From Malacoraja senta (taxonomy: Eukaryota), in assembly GCA_038087875.1 (NCBI GenBank), contig CM075988.1, positions 7,504,001 to 7,568,000 of the forward strand: DNA of 64,000 nt, given 5' to 3'. The position numbers and the translations under genes were made by a program. Below the pieces are notes generated by a model. That model worked only from the letters and a program-made list of their open reading frames with translations. It had not been told where the DNA came from and ran no database searches. How positions within the stretch are numbered: the stretch's first letter is position 1; each line of letters starts with the position of its first letter. Below are positions 41,185-53,107 of the stretch, piece after piece.

Positions 41185-41405
41185 AATAGACACAAAATGC
41201 TGGAGTAACACAGCGGGACAGGCAGCATCTCTGGACAGAAGGAATGGGTGACATTTCGGTTCGAGACCCTTCTTCAGACTGGAGAAGAGTCTCGACTCAA
41301 AACGTCACCCTTTCCTTCTCTCCAGAGATGCTGCCTGTCCCGCTGAGTTACTCCAGCATTTTGTGTCTATTTTTGTATTAATCCAGCATCTGCAGTTCTT
41401 TCCTC
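41185..41405. mobile_element. Inverted (fold-back) pair of Penelope hammerhead units
   Basis: ~95-bp arms centred at CTTCAG-A-CTGGAG (~41272-41284). Imperfect flanking duplication CCACT(T)CTCCTT(G/T)CTCCTC. Confidence 0.85.
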
Positions 41406-41508
41406 CACTCTCCTTTCTCCTCATTCTCTTTCTCTTCGTTCGCCAAAAGTGCTGAAGAGAATTGCAGTGCCTAATGGCTGCGATCAATAAACTCTATGCC
41501 AATGAAGG

Positions 41509-42280
41509 TGTTCATCCTGGCTAAATTGGAGCAGCTAGGACTTCAGAATCGGGTTACGTTTCAGGGTTGTGGGGAGATTTGGTCAAATTGGAATTACTCT
41601 CTGCAGAGCTGGGGCAAGCTGCAGAGAGGTGCCAGAGTGCCTGGAGCTTAGATTCAATTTGCAAGCAAAGAATGGGAAGATCTGCAAACCCTGTCAATCT
41701 GGTGCAAAATGCATAGAATGGATTGGATGGCTGCTAACCAGACATACACCTTGTAAATAGTTGTAAATAATGTTGCACAGTCTGACTTTGCCAAGTGTTG
41801 ATTGGATGAGGTGTTGAGCCTTGTCTGGGTTTTCTGTAAATCAGGGTAAATGTTTCCAAGTTGACTTCCTCTCGAAGTCCATTTTGAATACAATGTATTG
41901 AACTGTTGTATCATTGTGTTAGGGGAATGCCTGTTATGAATGGGGTTAATCGATATCTGTAATTGAGTTATTGAGAGACCACCCCCATGTGATTCGTCCC
42001 CTCGAGGTCCCGGGACATATAAAAGTCCACGATCACGAGGCTCAGCGTTGATCTTCTGGAAGAGCACTCAGGACTGCGTGAACTTCTGGACTGCCTCTGT
42101 CTGAGCGAGGCCTAGAGGGCTTGAACAGGCAGACGTGAGGATCGAACCCGCGGTGGGATAGGTACAGTGTTTGATCAGTGACGCGCTTTTGGTAAAATAA
42201 AATTTAGTTGTTTCAAGTGCTTGATTCAGTGTTTTTACTGAAACTAGACTGGGGGGGAACTTAGAAACGAGCAATTATCA
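41509..42280 (+). repeat. 5' LTR (772 bp)
   Basis: TGTTCATCC...AATTATCA. TATAAAA at 42018-42024, AATAAA at 42196-42201. Confidence 0.95.
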
Positions 42281-42281
42281 T

Positions 42282-42299
42282 TGGGGGCTCATCCGGGAT
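42282..42299 (+). promoter_or_regulatory. Primer-binding site, tRNA-Pro
   Basis: TGGGGGCTCATCCGGGAT is a 17/18 match to the MLV-type PBS-Pro TGGGGGCTCGTCCGGGAT, 1 nt after the LTR. Confidence 0.93.
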
Positions 42300-44132
42300 A
42301 TCAAAGGTCCCCCAAACACAAGTTTGCGATCAAGGGTGTTGAGCTGTTTCGATCACGTGCAGAAATCGGGCTAATGGTACGGTTTTCACATTGATTTTCG
42401 GCACTTCGTGAGTCGGAGTGGATCGATCATTCGTGGGCTTGGGAAAGGATCTAATCGAGATCATTAGAACAGAGTCTAGCAAGCACGGAGGAATGGTTAG
42501 CACACCTTTGGGTTGGAGGCTCTTAAAACAAGGCTGGGGTTAGAGGCCCTTTCCTGGGTTAGGGGCCCAAAACTGGTCATAGTTGGGCAGACTGCAGTTG
42601 CCTTTAATGAGAGCTAAACGTGCTTCATTGGGCAAGGAGTAGCCCAGGGTTAGACTTGGTATCCGAATTGGTGAGGTATTAAAAGACAGGTCTCGCCTTT
42701 GATCGGATCGTTGCCGGGAGTGCAAATTGAAAAGGTGCGCTTCGAAAAACAGCATCGATAATTCACAGCGCAAAGCGGCTAGGCGCTGGATCCTCGGTAC
42801 TTAGCAGAAGGGTGTATCTGTGTGTAGGTGTCTGAGCCTCTCCCTGAAGTGACGGACGAAGCGCCTCGAAAAGGTACCGAACTTGGACGAACAGAGTATA
42901 GATTGGCCGGAATACTCCAGTTCGTTCAAGAATTTAATCGGGCCATTTTAGCTAATTCGAGAGCCCGCGTAGTAAGAGAGATACGCACTAAAAATTAGGA
43001 GATCGAGTTCAAGTCTGAGTCTATATTTGCAGCTAAATTTTCAAATACTGGATTTCATATTGAAGTTCTGCGTAAGGTGGGATTCGAATTCCTGTATATA
43101 GAACTTCGAAGTTGGTGCATGTCCGTCATCGATTCCGAATAGCGGCTGATCAACAGTGAATAGTAACCCTCTGGTCGATTGTTGACTCGTACCTGATAGC
43201 GAAGAGTACCTGAGAGACGGGAGCCTCCTTACTTGATGAAAAGTAATCCGAATAGCGAAGTGTACCCCTAATTCTGTCGAACTTAGAGAGGAGGGATAGA
43301 GGTCCCCCTCTAGAAGTCCAGTATTAGCAGAGGGATAGTAACATTCGGGGGGGAAAATAATCATTTAGGGAATAGTACCCCTCAGCAAAGAGTAAACTAG
43401 GAAGGGGAAAATCTTCGGTATCAGAGGGAGTGGTTCACTGCGTGATAACAGCGTGACGCGGCGTCGAGATCGAGTGTCCGTGAATTGTGCGTTAGTGCTT
43501 TAAATCATTTTGTAAATTGTAAAAAATAGCTTTCCGTATTGTTATAGGATCCGGATTTTGTAAATATTCTCTGTATATAAATAAATTTAGAATAATTAAA
43601 AGTTAAGATTTAGATCGTGAATTAAAACTTGAAGAGAGAGTGTGTTTAAGTTAGATATTCGTATTTGTTTAATATCGTTTCGTAAGAATCTGAATCGGGG
43701 TGGTTTGATCAGGGGTTGTACTCCTTCGATCGCTGCGCTGGGGGAGGAGACATCCAATTGATTGATTGCGCCACGAGGAAGATTTCTTAGAGTGCGTGAT
43801 TTATAATAGACGAATGTTTGTGGTTTATTTAGGGGTTTGGTTGTGCCTGATAGTGATAGGTAGCGTATTATCCTGTTTGTGGACTGTGTTACTTGCGTGT
43901 CTGAAAATCATTTTAATATGTTATGATTGAGAACGTTATAAGGTTGAAAGAGCGTGGACTTGTGGGAGATAGGAGAAGAATTTGAATGAGAGAACAGGAC
44001 TGGTGGAGCGAAGGAGTAGCGAGTTGCGAGGTTGCGATCGCGTTGAACCATTAGCCATTGTCTAGGAGCGAGCTTGGTAAATTTAGGGATAAAAGGAAGG
44101 ATTTAAAAATTCAGTGTCAGGTGTTCGGAAGC

Positions 44133-46582
44133 ATGGGGAATAATGTAGATAGAGATGTAACAGAAGAAGTGAAAAGCCCATTACAACTAATGTGTAATGA
44201 GTTTCCTCATAAGGCAGAGAAATTAAGAAATTTATCACGAGCATTAAATAAGAAATTAGGGATTAAGCTATGGCCGCCAGGGGGGAACAGGGACAGTAAA
44301 AGGGATAAAATACATAGAACTAATCAATTGGCAGCATAGTAATAACGAGGGTGCAAAAGAATTAATAGGGTTATGGAGAAAATATTTTGAGGATCGGAAG
44401 ACGAATAAGGAGGTCAAGAGAATGGCTAGTTGGGAAAAAGCGATCGCTAAACTTGGATTAGAACTAAAAGAAGGTGAAGTAGATCGACCACCAGGTAGTA
44501 GTAGGGACAGGAATGGAGATAAAGGGAAACACTCAGAACAAGGGAAAGGTGGATCTCCTGGAAGAAAAGTAGTTCCTGTAAAATTAAAGATGAAGAATCC
44601 GAAGGTTAGTGCTGACTTCGGGGGGGGGAAGAGGATGAGTATTTAGAAGAGTGGACAAATGTTAACGTCAGTGGACGTTCACAGCTCCCACCATGTTCCT
44701 CTTGCGTTTCCCAGGCTTCATTAGCACCGTGTATGACTTGTGTCCATAATAAATATTTTAGGTCTGCAGAATCTATAACAACTCCGGCAGATTCTACATC
44801 TGAACAGGTTTTACCAACAGCAGATACTGAGGTAACAGATCCTTCGATCTTATCCACGCCATCACTGATAGATCGTCCAGTGGCTTATGGCACCCGGAAG
44901 AAAAGGTTAGCTCCCGTGTTTAAAGGTATGTTAGATATAGTGCAACCACCAGAGTATTTCTGTGAGCCACAACCTAGGCAGATCACTCGAGTGGAAAGGA
45001 ATGATTTATTTGGGCAGTATCGGGAATTCCCTAATGAACCGGAAGATTTATCGGAGGGTGAGACAGTAATTCTAGATACCGAAATAGACTTTGACGTAAC
45101 TGAAAGTTTATAAATTGAACAGGTATCCCATAGGCAGTTACCAGTAAGGGAAGGAATAGGAATAACAGATTCGGCCAGCGCAGTGAGATTGAATAATCCC
45201 CGCGTTACAGATGCCCATATGCCATGGAAGCCCCATGAAATAATGGCAGTACTAAACAGAATCCCTGATAGGAAGAAGTCCCCTGCTGCTTTCATAGGGT
45301 ACTTGTGGACCACAATGCGTGTATACCATGCAGATTCACGGGATTTGTGGGAGACCATACAACAGATAATTTCTCCAGCTGAGAATACCAAATTTCTAGT
45401 AGCCCTAGGACACCCGATTTATGAAACATTGGCGGGCGAGGTAATGGACGACAGTGCAAGAGAAGAGGTTGTTTTAACGGCCCTTGCAAAAACGTTTCAG
45501 AAACCAGGCGATTTAAGTCGAGTCCTGGAAATAAAACCAGAGAAGGGGGAAGGAGCAGACGAATTTCTAGACCGCTTTTCAAAATTATATATGGATCAAT
45601 CAGGTGATTTAGACTATCAGAATGGAGTAAGTTCCCCTCAATATTATGCGGTCTTGTTGAATTATCTACCCACTAAAATAGCGGATTTAATTAAAATAAA
45701 TAAAAGGAACTGGTCTGAGAACCGAGCCAGTCAAATAGCCAGAACTGTGAGATATTATTGGAAGGAAGGTAGGAACCAGGAAAATTATTCTGTAACTAGG
45801 AGAGAAAGTGAACGCACAGCGAAGGAGGAATTACCAAAATCTAACTCTGAACCATGGATTCCCAGAGTGCCAACAAATTACGGATTGGGAGATATTAGAG
45901 TCCCAGATTACTCTCACCGTTATACTCCCAATCTCAAGCACATTTCAATGGAACCCAGGGGTAGAATAAGACCAACAATGCTACCTAACCAATGCTATAC
46001 TTGCGGAGGGATGGGACATTGGAGTAGGGCCTGTCCAACGAAGGAACGGATGAAAGAGAGGGGTCAAAGAAGGGGTTTCCAGGATTAAGACGAACTTAGA
46101 GATCCTAGAGAATATAGAGACATCCGACATCCAAGGAATTATGGGAGGTCCTTTAATTCAAGAGACTACTGGGACCCAAGAAACCAGAGAGAGACAGATG
46201 GCCCGAATGTCAGGAACTGAGAAGTCACACACCGTTTACTCAAGCTACCCCATTTTCTCAGTCCTGACTCACCAACCCGTCCTGGAATTGTGGGCGTGGA
46301 GACATGACCCCTACTCTGGATCCCTCTCAAGTAATTTACCAGAATGAGTGGATTGGATATACTATTGTAATAAAAACTGGAAATATTATGGAAGAAAATT
46401 ATAAACCCTCTTCTGATTACCCCAGAAAACCCCTTAGAGCAAAGAAGATTGTAAATCAAGGAGCTTGTTTCAACTGCACCCAATCAGGTCACTGGAGCAA
46501 GGAGTGTCCAGCGAGAAGGCAGAACATAGCTGGATTGAAGAAAAATCAAGAGGCAATAAAGAAAGTAAGAAAAGGAACATAG
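44133..46582 (+). pseudogene. gag: Retroviral Gag (MA - PPxY region - CA - NC), few lesions
   Basis: Kozak AGCATGG with MG start. MA-like WPPGGT. PPEY at 44946-44957. CA start QLPVRE. MHR-like LSRVLEIKPEKGEGADEFLDRF. CCHC knuckles CYTCGGMGHWSRAC and CFNCTQSGHWSKEC. Confidence 0.88.
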
Positions 46583-47858
46583 TAGTGAGTGTGAAAAGAA
46601 ATAGCAACTGAGGAATGGAAATGGCACTACGGAGAGAAGAAACAAACTTACCGTGCAGGAGGAATGGGAGTGGGGGAAAGAAGATATTGAATTAATGTAT
46701 TGCTGAGTTTTGTGCCTGCAGGACAGTGTGTCAACAAGAGACTGTCTGGGGAGTGAGGTAAAAGAATGCACAGACCCCTAAGAACAGGAAGAAGACAGCG
46801 AAAGGTAATGTAGCTCCCCAGAAAAAGGTGACCAGCAGGAAGAATTGATACTGTCCTGCCCCTTTAAGACATTTGGGAAGGCCAGCAGGCAGAGCGACAT
46901 GCTCCTCAGTATCTCCACTCCCTAGTAACCTATACCATCAGTAGAAAGGAGGAAGAAAAGGACCTACCCTAGTGCCCAACTTTAATATCACCTAGCTACT
47001 GAAGGTAGAAGAGGAAGGGGAACAAAGGACACTTTAATAATCTCCAAAAGAAATAACTGACAACTTATAAAGACTGTTAGAAAAACAGAATTTCTCTGTG
47101 ATTCGGGGCAAAATACTCACTTTGCGCCAAAATTTAATTATTAGTAAATTAATTCAAAGAGGGCTTATGGGATACAGTCTCAGATTTGTTAGAGAATTGA
47201 CTGTTAATTTAGCATTCTTCTTTTGTCTCACCCATAAGAGGATAGTCAAAGATAGGACTGGACTATTTAGTTACTACCAAGGAAGGGACAGACCCTAGCG
47301 GATATCAGGAATTAAGACATACCCTGGAAACGTAAGGTGGTAGTATAAAATGATGAGGTAGACCGAAAATTTATGTTCCCCTCGGAAGATCAATACTAAC
47401 CATCTAGAAGTTACTTAGAGATAAGAACCCCTAGACAAAGAACGAAGCCAATAGAATAAAAGCGAGAACCCATAGACAGAGAACGAAGCCAACTTAGTAA
47501 AAAGCCAACATAGTGGAGAATTAGCATAGTAACGAGTTACCATAGTGATGCATACATAAATAAGAGGAGATACTGGAGGAAAGACTTGGTTAACTGTAGG
47601 GTGAACCTTGAATTGTATTGGGAATAGCAGATCTGAAGTGTATTCACCCGATGGATTTGAATTGTTTAACCCATGATGGTAAAGCGGCTTAGATCATCAA
47701 GGTGGAAAGAAATTGTCCCTGGATTTGGCATTTTTGATTGGGCTTCAGATAAAATTAATAGTAAAGGAAATTGATTGTTTAAATTTGAACAGCTGGGAAT
47801 TCCACAGGAATTGGAAGGGAATTGTTTTATCGGCTACAATGCTGTGGAATGAGAAGAG

Positions 47859-48135
47859 ACCGAGATGAGGAAAAACTTTTTCACACAGAGAGTGGTGAAT
47901 CTCTGGAACTCTCTGCCACAGAAGGTAGTTGAGGCCAGTTCATTGACTATATTTAAGAGGGAGTTAGATGTGGCCCTTGTGGCTAAAGGGATCAGGGGGT
48001 ATGGAGAGAAGGCAGGTACGGGATACTGAGTTGGATGATCAGCCATGATCATATTGAATGGCGGTGCAGGCTCGAAGGACCGAATGGCCTACTCCTGCAC
48101 CTATTTTCTATGTATCTATGTATCTATGTATCTAT
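47859..48135 (+). mobile_element. Young CR1 3' end inserted in the provirus, 12-bp TSD
   Basis: GAATGAGAAGAG at 47847-47858 and 48136-48147. (TATCTATG)n tail. Closely matches 36660-36915. Confidence 0.92.
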
Positions 48136-48399
48136 GAATGAGAAGAGGAAATGGGCATTGAAATTCAAAAAAGTAAATTGAAGGCTGAAACTGAATTTGG
48201 TTAAATTGGAACATTTATCATGGTTTGCTTCAAATTAAAGTCACGCCTGTAGGGGAATTTGGACCGAACCCAGCTGAAATTTATATGATTACCCGTCATC
48301 AGATATACATAGTATAACACCGTGTGAGTATGAAGAAGGCTAATTAGTGTCGATCCTAGAATAATAAAGAATATATTAGGGAACAGAATAGGAATAGGG

Positions 48400-48752
48400 G
48401 TACTTCAGATATGAAGATTGTATGTACATAATAGTTGTATGTATATATATGTCTGTAGGTATTATGGGAAATTGCCTAGGGTAGTATTATTATTAGTAAT
48501 GAATTGATTTTTAAATATGATAGAAGTGTTGGGGAAAAGGGGTGAGATTTAATAAGTTATTCTTCTTCTCACTCCTTTTCGAGCTTGTACAGACACAGAG
48601 TTGGACATTGGAACTTTGATTTTGTTCTTCTCATTGCTTTGTAAATATTGATTGTAATGTCCAATTGTTTGATAATTTCGATTTTGTTAATATTAATGTC
48701 TTTAATGTCTTTACTTGTTCGGAATAAATAAATAGATAAATAAATAAATAAA
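48400..48752 (+). mobile_element. Crack/L2-like 3'UTR inserted in the provirus
   Basis: AAGGGGTGAGATTTAATAAG..CTTCT..CTCCTTTTCG and TGTTCGGAATAAA(TAAA)n match the element at 248-992. The 5' boundary is uncertain. Confidence 0.65.
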
Positions 48753-49134
48753 TAGTGAACAGTAATAGAGCAATAGATAATAGAATTGGGATGGGTTCAG
48801 GTGAAATAGGAATAGCGAATGTGTTAGAAAGCATGAGTGAATGATGGTCACTTGCTTTGTCCCAAGCTTCTTAGGATTTTCTAGGGTTTAGGTTCGACTG
48901 TGAAAGGTGATGGAAGACTGGGCAGGGACACGGATGGAGGGAATTCGCGCCCACGAAAACTCGGGAGGTGAAGACTCCTCAGACAGAACTTGTGAAGTTA
49001 TGCCCATGAAAACTCTGGACGTTTGACAAGATTCTGAGAAGAAACATCATCATCTTCTGTTACTGATAGATAGGAAATGTAAAGCACACTTATGTATATC
49101 TGGTTAGCTGAGCCACTTTGGTTATCATTATGAT

Positions 49135-49146
49135 AAAAGGAAGGAA
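49135..49146 (+). promoter_or_regulatory. Polypurine tract
   Basis: AAAAGGAAGGAA immediately before the TG of the 3' LTR. Confidence 0.9.
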
Positions 49147-49916
49147 TGTTAATCCTGGCTAAATTGGAGCAGCTAGGACTTCAAAATGGGGTTAGGTTTC
49201 AGGGTTGCTGGGAGATTTGGTCAAATTGGAATTACTCTCTGCAGAGCTGGGACAAGTTGCGAAGAGGTGTCAGAGTGTCTGGAGCTTAGATACAATTTGC
49301 AAGGAAAGAATGGGAAGATCTGCAAGCCCTGTCAATCTGGTGTAAAATGCATAGAATGGATTGGATGGCTGCAAACCAGACACACCTTGTAAATAGTTGT
49401 AAATAATGTTGCAGAGTCTGACTTTGCCAAGTGTTGCTTGGATGAGGTGGTGAGCCTTTTCTGGGTTTTCTGTAAATCAGGGTAAATGTTTCCAAGTTGA
49501 CTTCCTCTCGCGGTCCATTTTGAGTACAATGTATTGAACTTTTGTATCTTTGGGTTAGGGGACTGCCTGTTATGTATGAGGTTCATCGATATCTGTAATT
49601 GGGTTATTGAGAGACCACCCCCATGTGGTTCAGCCCCTCGAGGTCCCGGGACATATAAAAGTCCGCGATCACGAGGCGCAATGTCGATCTTCTAGAAGAG
49701 CGCTCGGGACTGCGTGAACTTCTGGACTGCCTCTGTCTGAGCGAGACCTAGAGGGCTTGAACAGGCAGACGCGAGGATCGAACCCGCGGTGGGATAGGTA
49801 CAGTGTGTGATCTGTGACCGGCTTTTGGTAAAATAAAATTCAGTTGTTTCAAGTGCTTGATTCAGTGTTTTTACTGAAACTAGACTGGGGGGAAGCTTAG
49901 AAATGAGCAATTATCA
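49147..49916 (+). repeat. 3' LTR (770 bp)
   Basis: Direct repeat of 41509-42280. TATAAAA at 49654-49660, AATAAA at 49832-49837. Confidence 0.95.
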
Positions 49917-50835
49917 AAGGAATGTTCATTGCCATTTATTTTGGCGCTATTTTTTGTACACTTGCTGGAGAAGGATCAACCTGCAGTGTGTGCAGCTCTG
50001 AAGCTAATTTATTTGAGAAGACGTTTCATATTTTGAAAACGCATTCACTTGTAGTCAGACTTCACATGTAATGCCTGAATGAGACTTGCTAAACAGCAAG
50101 GAAAGCTCTTGGGTATTCGTGACCTTAATCAGCTGCTGGTTCAACTTTTTAATATCTTTTGAATGAAGTCATCAAATCCCGTTTTCATTAAAGTTAGAGG
50201 CTTCTGAATGAATATTCCATCTAACTACTCCTGCTTAAATGATCACCAGCCCTGCTAATATTAGGAGAAATAGATCCATCTTTTAGTTATTGCTATTTTT
50301 TATTGCAAGGTAGGGTTGATTGCAAAGGTACAATTTTAAAATTGTACGCAGGTTTAATATTTTCCTCTAATTACCAGTATTTAGATAATGTAGCGTTCAC
50401 AGTTTTGCACAGCTAGTTTAAAAATGAGAACTCCCTGTGAAATGAGAACATTCCCACGGGGCATTTTCTTTGCAGGACTGTCGCGACCTCAAAATAGGAG
50501 TCAATTAATCAGGATAGAAATAAGAAGTATTGTTCCAAACTCAAGAGGGTGGAATCATTGGAATTTTCCTAGTGAGGTTTTGAGCCCCAATCATTAAGTT
50601 TATTCAAGTCAAGGAATAAGTGTAGTCATTAAAGTTAGAGATAGCAGAATAAGCTAGAATATGTCCTGAATTACACTGTCGTTGTCTACCCCTGTTTAGC
50701 AAAGAATGGATAACTCAGTAACACATGGAAAATCTTGTTGTTCAATACATGCAAAAATCTCCTCTCACTCAATGAGGCTGTTAGGATGGAATAAGGATAT
50801 TAATTCCTTGAATAATTTTATTTTTTGTGAGATAT

Positions 50836-51146
50836 GGGCGGCACAGTGGTGCAGCGATAGAGTTGCTGCCTTACAGTGCCAGAGACCATGGTTTGATCCT
50901 GACTACGGGTGCTGTCTATATGAAGTTTGCACATTCTCCCTGTGACTGCATGGGATTTCTCCGGGTGCTCTGGTTTCCTCCCACATTCGAAAGTCGTGCA
51001 GGCTTGTAGATTAATTGGCTTCTGTAAATTGTCCCTACTTCGTAGGATAAAACTAGTGTATGGATAGAAGGATAGAACTAGTTGGTCGCCATGGACTCGG
51101 TGGGGCCAAAGGGACTGCTTCACGTTGTATCTCTAAACTAAACTAA
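50836..51146 (+). mobile_element. tRNA-derived SINE, full length
   Basis: Consensus head, core and (TAAAC)n tail. Confidence 0.88.
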
Positions 51147-51492
51147 ATATAATTTAAAAAAACACATTATGTCAGTTATCCGCCTCCTAAGGAAATTTAT
51201 TTCCTGATAAGGCACTTGAGCAAAGAATGACACAAAGTGCTGGAGTAACAGTAGCATCACTTAAGCAACCAGAACAACAACAGAAATACACACCTTTGAT
51301 TGCCGCTGGGCTGTGCTAGTTTTACTGCACATGCCAGGGAGGTTATTTGAGATGACAATAACATATCTACACTTACTGGATAACTGAATTAAAAAAATAA
51401 AGAGACACTCAGCTGGTAACGCAGAATCAATGGTCAGAGAAGCAATTCATGGTTTCAGTCTGGGTCTCTCTTCATATAGTTTTTGCGATAAC

Positions 51493-51690
51493 TTGTGTCG
51501 GAAGGAACTGCAAATGCTGGTTTAAACTGAAGATAGACACAAAATGCTGGAGTAACTCAGCGGGAGAGGCAGCTTCTCTGGATCGCTTCAGACCTGAAGA
51601 AGGGTCTTGACCCAAAATGTCACCCATTCCTTCTATCCAGTGATGCTGCCTGTCCCGCTGTGTTACTCCAGCATTTTGTGTCTATCTGTC
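51493..51690. mobile_element. Inverted pair of Penelope hammerhead units
   Basis: Centre CTTCAG-AC-CTGAAG at ~51586-51599. Confidence 0.8.
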
Positions 51691-53107
51691 TATTTGGGAT
51701 AACCTCTTGTTTGTTTTCTTTGATCTCCTGGTGAGAGTTAAGGGCAACCTAGGCCTTGCATGATATTCCTCATCAGGAATAACTTGCCAGCCAGTGCTCA
51801 GCAACCTGGGAGTGATGAGTTATTGGAGAACAGATTACCTTGAAACTAGCGCACAGCCATAATCATCGCCTTTAGTTCTGCAGATGCAAACGTAATTAAG
51901 TGCCTTCAAACCTCCTGAGAAAATGATTAGTTGCCAGGTTAAGTAATGCTTGGAGTTTAGTTTAGTTGAGAGGTAGAACATGGAATAATCGAGTCCACAC
52001 CCATCCTCAATCACCCATTCACATCAGTTCCTTGTAATCCATTTTCCTCTCCACTCCTTACACATTAGGAGGAATTCACAAAGGTCTATTAACCTACAAA
52101 CCCACAAGACTTTGGGTTGTGGGAGGAAATCCCACGAGGTCACAGGGAGAAAGCGCACATTCCATACAGGCAGCACGCAAGGTCAGGATCAAACCCGGGT
52201 CTTTGGTGCTGTGAGGTAGCAGCTTTAACAGCTATGCCACTATGCTGCCCTGACTTGGCATTGATTGGAATGGGTAAAATGGAGCATCAATTCAACATTT
52301 TAATATCGTTTTCTGGAACCACAACATTTTGACACATAGAAACAATCGTCAAATTGATCAGATGCAGAGGACACAATGTCTGTTGAAGCACTCCACACAA
52401 CTGTGAAGCACACAATGTCTGCTGGCTTGGAAGCACTGAGATTGATGGGTGTGGGAGTTGAGGAAGTGTGTGTTTAATCTCTGCAGATCGGGTCCCGATT
52501 TTGTTTAGTTTTCCTCGGCCTCCCATCTGTGGCCAGTCCGTGAGTGTGTCTCTCGTTCTGACCCTGAAGGGTTTGCGGAGAGAAAGCCAGATGTTGTTGA
52601 GCGATGCAGATTACTGTCGGCTGCTAACTCGGCAGCTATTGGGTTTCTGGCCACCTGTTGTATGTCTTCAGCTGCTGGCTTAAGGCAGGATTGGGTGAGT
52701 CGGAACAAGGGACAAAGATCTTGCTTAAAAATGAAAACATTGAGTCTTGCTCCATTACATGTCCTTTTCTAAGTCGTTAATTAGATGGAGCCAGGGAATT
52801 CAACCATGTTTTCCCATGTGCCATGTGACACTGCAGGGATAAGCTTATGATCATTTTATTTGGAAAAGCTTTTAACTAACTTTCAGAAGTTCAGACCTGA
52901 ATTTTGGGCTCAATTTGGTGAAACCCAGTATGCCCAGTTTTAGTTTGGAGCCACATGGAATTAATATTTGTTTTGGAATAGGGGGTTGCATCTTGATTTA
53001 TTATTCCCATGCAGAATCATTTCTCTTTACTTTAGACTTTAGAGATACAGTGTGGAAACAGGCCCTTCGGCCCACAGAGTCCACGCTGGTCAGCGATTAC
53101 CCCATAC

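Larger units (their letters stand above)
41509..49916 (+). mobile_element. Endogenous retrovirus-like provirus (class I-like), gag-containing, pol-less
   Basis: Two ~770-bp direct repeats TG...CA, TSD AAGG (41505-41508, 49917-49920), PBS-Pro, PPT and gag. Confidence 0.93.

Noticed and set aside
47563..47580. DTG triplet (RGDTGG) as a retroviral protease active site
   Set aside because: It lacks the hydrophobic residues before Asp and the downstream GRD/N motif, and it is not in a sustained ORF.
49186..49392. Cys-rich ORF in U3, also open in the 5' LTR (41569-41760), as an accessory gene
   Set aside because: It is short, the ATG is present in only one LTR, an upstream in-frame stop is present in both, and differences between copies are mostly non-synonymous. 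It could be revisited with a family consensus.
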